The notes under the pieces: model-generated
Seen by the model: only the letters and a program-made list of their open reading frames with translations
Told to the model about the DNA's origin: nothing
The model's database searches: none
Part shown: positions 61,044 through 64,000 of the stretch, one piece after another
Layout of the letters: each line of letters begins with the position of its first letter
How positions within the stretch are numbered: position 1 is the stretch's first letter
Source of the DNA: an uncultured delta proteobacterium
GTDB taxonomy: Bacteria; Bdellovibrionota; FAC87; UBA2466
Assembly: GCA_963778115.1 (NCBI GenBank)
Contig: CAVZSV010000004.1
Location: 224,001 to 288,000, forward strand
Direction: 5' to 3'
DNA: 64,000 bases
Translations under genes and position numbers: made by a program

Positions 61044-61415
61044 ATGAAAAAAATGCCTCTCCTACTGACGTTAGTTTTGGCTCTGGTTGCTGGCTGCGCG
61101 TCAAAACCGCCCCTCACCTCGCGCCTTTCGAAGGAAGAGGTCGCCACCGTGGTTGCCTCTCACCGCGATGAAATAAAAAGCTGCTATCAGGAGCTCCTCA
61201 AGGAGAACCCCAACGCTTCGGGAAAAGTAGTTTTGCACTTCGTTGTAGATCCTGACGGAAAAGTCGCCGAAGCTTCCATCAAAGATCGAACTATCGCCTC
61301 TGAAGACCTAGGTAGCTGTGTATTAACTCGTTTTCGCAATTGGGAGTTCCCCAAAGCCGGACAACCCACCGAGGTCTTGGCCTATCCTATTTACATGGGT
61401 CGCAAGAAGGGATAG
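61044..61415 (+). CDS. Lipoprotein with AgmX/PglI C-terminal (TonB-C-like) domain
   Basis: Lipobox VAGC; IKSCYQELLKENPNASGKVVLHFVVDPDGKV...CV...WEFPK. Confidence 0.8.
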   Translation: MKKMPLLLTLVLALVAGCASKPPLTSRLSKEEVATVVASHRDEIKSCYQELLKENPNASGKVVLHFVVDPDGKVAEASIKDRTIASEDLGSCVLTRFRNWEFPKAGQPTEVLAYPIYMGRKKG

Positions 61416-61427
61416 TCGTTCTTCATT

Positions 61428-62528
61428 GTGAAGATTCCTCCGTTCGAGCTCGAACGCTATTTCGCGCAGCATGAATTTACCGCCCCCCACCCGATGTGTC
61501 TTTCCGATTGTGAATCGCTCAAGGTTAACGATCTGCTCGAGTGGGAACCCGGAGCTTTGGAAAAGCTTAAAGACCTCTGGCTAGGCTATACCGAATCTCA
61601 GGGCGGCCCTGAGCTTCGAAAGACGATAGCTTCCCTCTACCAGTCCATGACACCCGATGAGATCCTGGTCCATGCGGGCGCCGAAGAGCCTATTTTTAAT
61701 TTCATGAATGTTACACTCGAACCAGGCGACCATGTAATCGTACATTGCCCTTGCTACCAGTCGCTAATCCAAATTCCGCAAAGTTTGGGTTGTGAAGTGA
61801 CTCGCTGGGAGGCTGATGCTTCGAGTGACTGGACGCTAGATGTGGACTTTCTAAAAAAGAATCTGCGTCCGACCACTAAAGCAGTCGTTATCAATCTTCC
61901 CCATAATCCGACCGGTTATTTAATGACAAAGCAGGATTTCAAACAGGTGACGGAACTGTTTAAGGGGCACGGCGCCATCCTTTTCGTCGACGAAGTTTAT
62001 CGCGGACTCGAGTATGACCCCAACGATCAGCTTCCTGCAGTTTGCGATGTTTTAGAAAATGCGGTTTCCCTGGGAGTGATGTCGAAAGCCTTTGGACTGG
62101 CGGGGCTACGGATTGGCTGGATAGCTACCCGAAACAAGACCGTCTATAACAGCATGGCGAAATTTAAGGACTTCACCACCATCTGCAACAGTGCTCCGAG
62201 CGAGTTTCTAGCAACCCTAGCGTTGCGACAGCGGGACAAAATCCTGAGTCGAAACCTTGAAGTCATCTCCACCAATCTATCGCTGCTAGATATTTTTTTT
62301 GAATCCCGAAAAGAGAGCCTCTCCTGGAGCCGCCCGAAAGCGGGCTGTATTGCGTTTCCGCAATTAAGAGGTGGTGAAGCCGATTGTTTCTGTGAAAGGA
62401 CTTTAAAAAAATCAGGTGTTCTATTAGCCCCTTCTTCGAAATTTCAATTTGGAGATAGCCATTTTCGGATAGGATTTGGGAGAAAAAATTTGCCGGAAGT
62501 GTTGCGGAGGCTTGGAGAGTTTTGCTGA
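61428..62528 (+). CDS. PLP-dependent aminotransferase class I/II
   Basis: FELERYF, LGYTESQG, NLPHNPTG, DEVYRGLE, MSKAFGLAGLRIGW. Confidence 0.92.
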   Translation: MKIPPFELERYFAQHEFTAPHPMCLSDCESLKVNDLLEWEPGALEKLKDLWLGYTESQGGPELRKTIASLYQSMTPDEILVHAGAEEPIFNFMNVTLEPGDHVIVHCPCYQSLIQIPQSLGCEVTRWEADASSDWTLDVDFLKKNLRPTTKAVVINLPHNPTGYLMTKQDFKQVTELFKGHGAILFVDEVYRGLEYDPNDQLPAVCDVLENAVSLGVMSKAFGLAGLRIGWIATRNKTVYNSMAKFKDFTTICNSAPSEFLATLALRQRDKILSRNLEVISTNLSLLDIFFESRKESLSWSRPKAGCIAFPQLRGGEADCFCERTLKKSGVLLAPSSKFQFGDSHFRIGFGRKNLPEVLRRLGEFC

Positions 62529-62541
62529 TTTAAATCCAAAC

Positions 62542-62577
62542 AAAAAAACCGCCGCCCCTCCATCAGAAGGGCGGCGG
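62542..62577 (-). terminator. Rho-independent terminator
   Basis: CCGCCGCCC/GGGCGGCGG stem followed on the minus strand by a T7 tract, downstream of the 62600 gene. Confidence 0.8.
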
Positions 62578-62599
62578 CCTAATCATCAAGTATCTCTAT

Positions 62600-63445
62600 T
62601 CAGTTTTGCGGAAAGACACACGCGAGCTGGCCATCGGCACTGGCGTTTTGTGGGCTTCCGTCATACGAGAAAGAGGAAAGATAAGCTTCGCCTTCTTCGG
62701 TCTTAACCACATTGCTGCGGTCAACCGTCAAAGTGAACGTCCCACCTTTTTTGAAAGGGTCGGTGTACGTTACTTTTTGTCCTTCCTCATTTTTCTCGAC
62801 GTAAATGCTACCCACGTTATGCTCGCCGGCGATGGATTCGACGCCAATCGAGACGACGAGATCGTTACCGCCCAAATCTTCGGTGACGTTAACGTTATAA
62901 CCACCGTCATAGATCCGAGGATACGTGGTGCATCGAACTTCGGTGACCTGAATGGCGTTAGCCTGTTTTTCCAAGGTGCTTAGCTGCGACACCAGTTCCT
63001 TGGCTTCGGGAGCTGTATTTTCCGTGGGATCCTGACAGACGCTCGATTTGAGCAAGAACACTTTGCCGTTGTCGGCGGTGTAAGTCGTGTCATTTAGAGA
63101 AATCGCCATACAGTGAATCTGGCTGGTCTCGGTAACAATCTTTCCATTTCGAGCCGCTTCGATCAGTTCGTCGATGTGGTTCATTTCGGAGGCAGAAAGC
63201 GTCGTCACTTGAGCGCTCTTCACCAAGTCGTTCGTCTTCGAATCACGAACCTCCCGAACTACCTGTCCGTTGGAAAGGACAAGAACGGCATCCGATTGAT
63301 ATCCCTTAATGGCACTCCGGGGTGCGGTTCGCACCTCGAGACGGACATCTTGACCAAAGGGAAGTCCCTGAAACCCAGGGAATCCGGCTTGCGCCATCGA
63401 ACCAGTAATTAATATACCAAGAGCCAATGCTAAGTGTTTCTTCAT
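62600..63445 (-). CDS. Secreted hypothetical protein
   Basis: AAGGAG RBS; MKKHLALALGILITGSMAQA signal peptide; four Cys. Confidence 0.75.
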   Translation of the reverse strand: MKKHLALALGILITGSMAQAGFPGFQGLPFGQDVRLEVRTAPRSAIKGYQSDAVLVLSNGQVVREVRDSKTNDLVKSAQVTTLSASEMNHIDELIEAARNGKIVTETSQIHCMAISLNDTTYTADNGKVFLLKSSVCQDPTENTAPEAKELVSQLSTLEKQANAIQVTEVRCTTYPRIYDGGYNVNVTEDLGGNDLVVSIGVESIAGEHNVGSIYVEKNEEGQKVTYTDPFKKGGTFTLTVDRSNVVKTEEGEAYLSSFSYDGSPQNASADGQLACVFPQN

Positions 63446-63497
63446 ATCAAATCTCCTTTTATGGGCAAAAAATGGAAGTGCCCGCGCCAGGCGTCTG

Positions 63498-63513
63498 TGC
63501 AACCGCCATACCA
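63498..63513 (-). promoter_or_regulatory. Candidate sigma54 -24/-12 promoter
   Basis: Minus strand TGGTATGGCGGTTGCA fits GG-N10-GC, about 50 nt before ATG 63445. Confidence 0.55.
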
Positions 63514-63645
63514 ATCTTTTTAGGCACGGCATCCCAAAAGACGACTGGTTCCAAACCGTAGCCAAGGTGCCAGAAAGATCTTCTTAGAGAGTTGAGTTCA
63601 GGCCAGTGGCGAGTTTTGGAGCGGTGTGCTATCTCTTTCGCTCCG

Positions 63646-64000
63646 ATGCAAACGCTTTCAAATATTGTTCTTGAGCTGGGAGAGGATCTCGAAGAGAAGC
63701 TTAAACTTCTCTCCCCGGGCTTTAGCTCTTACCGGTTGCTCAAAAAATCCATCGATGCCCGCTCTTCGGTACCCCACTGGGTGCTCACCGTGGACGTCTT
63801 TGCTCCGGGAGAAGAGAAGACCTCTGCCCAATTTGAAGTTTCTCCTATTTCCGTCCCGAGCACTTTACTTCCCGTCATCATAGTGGGTGCCGGTCCCGCG
63901 GGCCTCTTCGCAGCACTAAGACTCTGTGAACGAAAGATTCCTTCTCTTCTTTTGGAACAAGGATCAGAGGCCCCAAAACGGATGCGCAGTATCGCCGATT
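63646..64000 (+). CDS. NAD(P)/FAD-dependent oxidoreductase, truncated by the window end (not in ORF track)
   Basis: Manual translation MQTLSNIVLELGED...KKSIDAR...VIIVGAGPAGLFAAL...LLEQG. Confidence 0.85.
   Translation, partial: MQTLSNIVLELGEDLEEKLKLLSPGFSSYRLLKKSIDARSSVPHWVLTVDVFAPGEEKTSAQFEVSPISVPSTLLPVIIVGAGPAGLFAALRLCERKIPSLLLEQGSEAPKRMRSIAD

Overview
Gene-dense bacterial chromosome window. Gene content (hybrid MaeB, AmmeMemo radical SAM, AgmX/PglI-type domain, pyrF-rlmB-tRNA-Thr-tRNA-Tyr order, many secreted hypotheticals) suggests a deltaproteobacteria-like lineage such as Bdellovibrionota; this is inference, not a database result. Positions 1-44.3 kb are mostly housekeeping: dedA, FKBP, gloB, mutY, maeB, a divergent lexA / imuA-imuB-dnaE2 SOS mutagenesis cassette, nagZ, a diguanylate cyclase operon, secA, rsmD-coaD-aminotransferase, pyrF, rlmB and two tRNAs. 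After tRNA-Tyr the window becomes accessory-looking. The best candidate for an undescribed system is a six-gene translationally coupled operon at 53621-59678 (-): Fis-HTH response regulator, nucleoside phosphorylase, SAM methyltransferase, EamA exporter, orphan NMT1/THI5-type binding protein and sensor kinase. It has the parts list of a make-export-sense circuit for a modified nucleobase signal, with tandem operator-like boxes upstream. Also notable: an EamA-PilZ fusion, a candidate LexA box, a frameshifted POTRA-less Omp85, a glycoside hydrolase with a frameshifted Ig-like tail, a DUF2844/DUF3443 pair with pepsin-like motifs, sigma54-type promoters before secreted proteins, and several intergenic repeat families. 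No CRISPR array, rRNA, transposase or integrase was seen.
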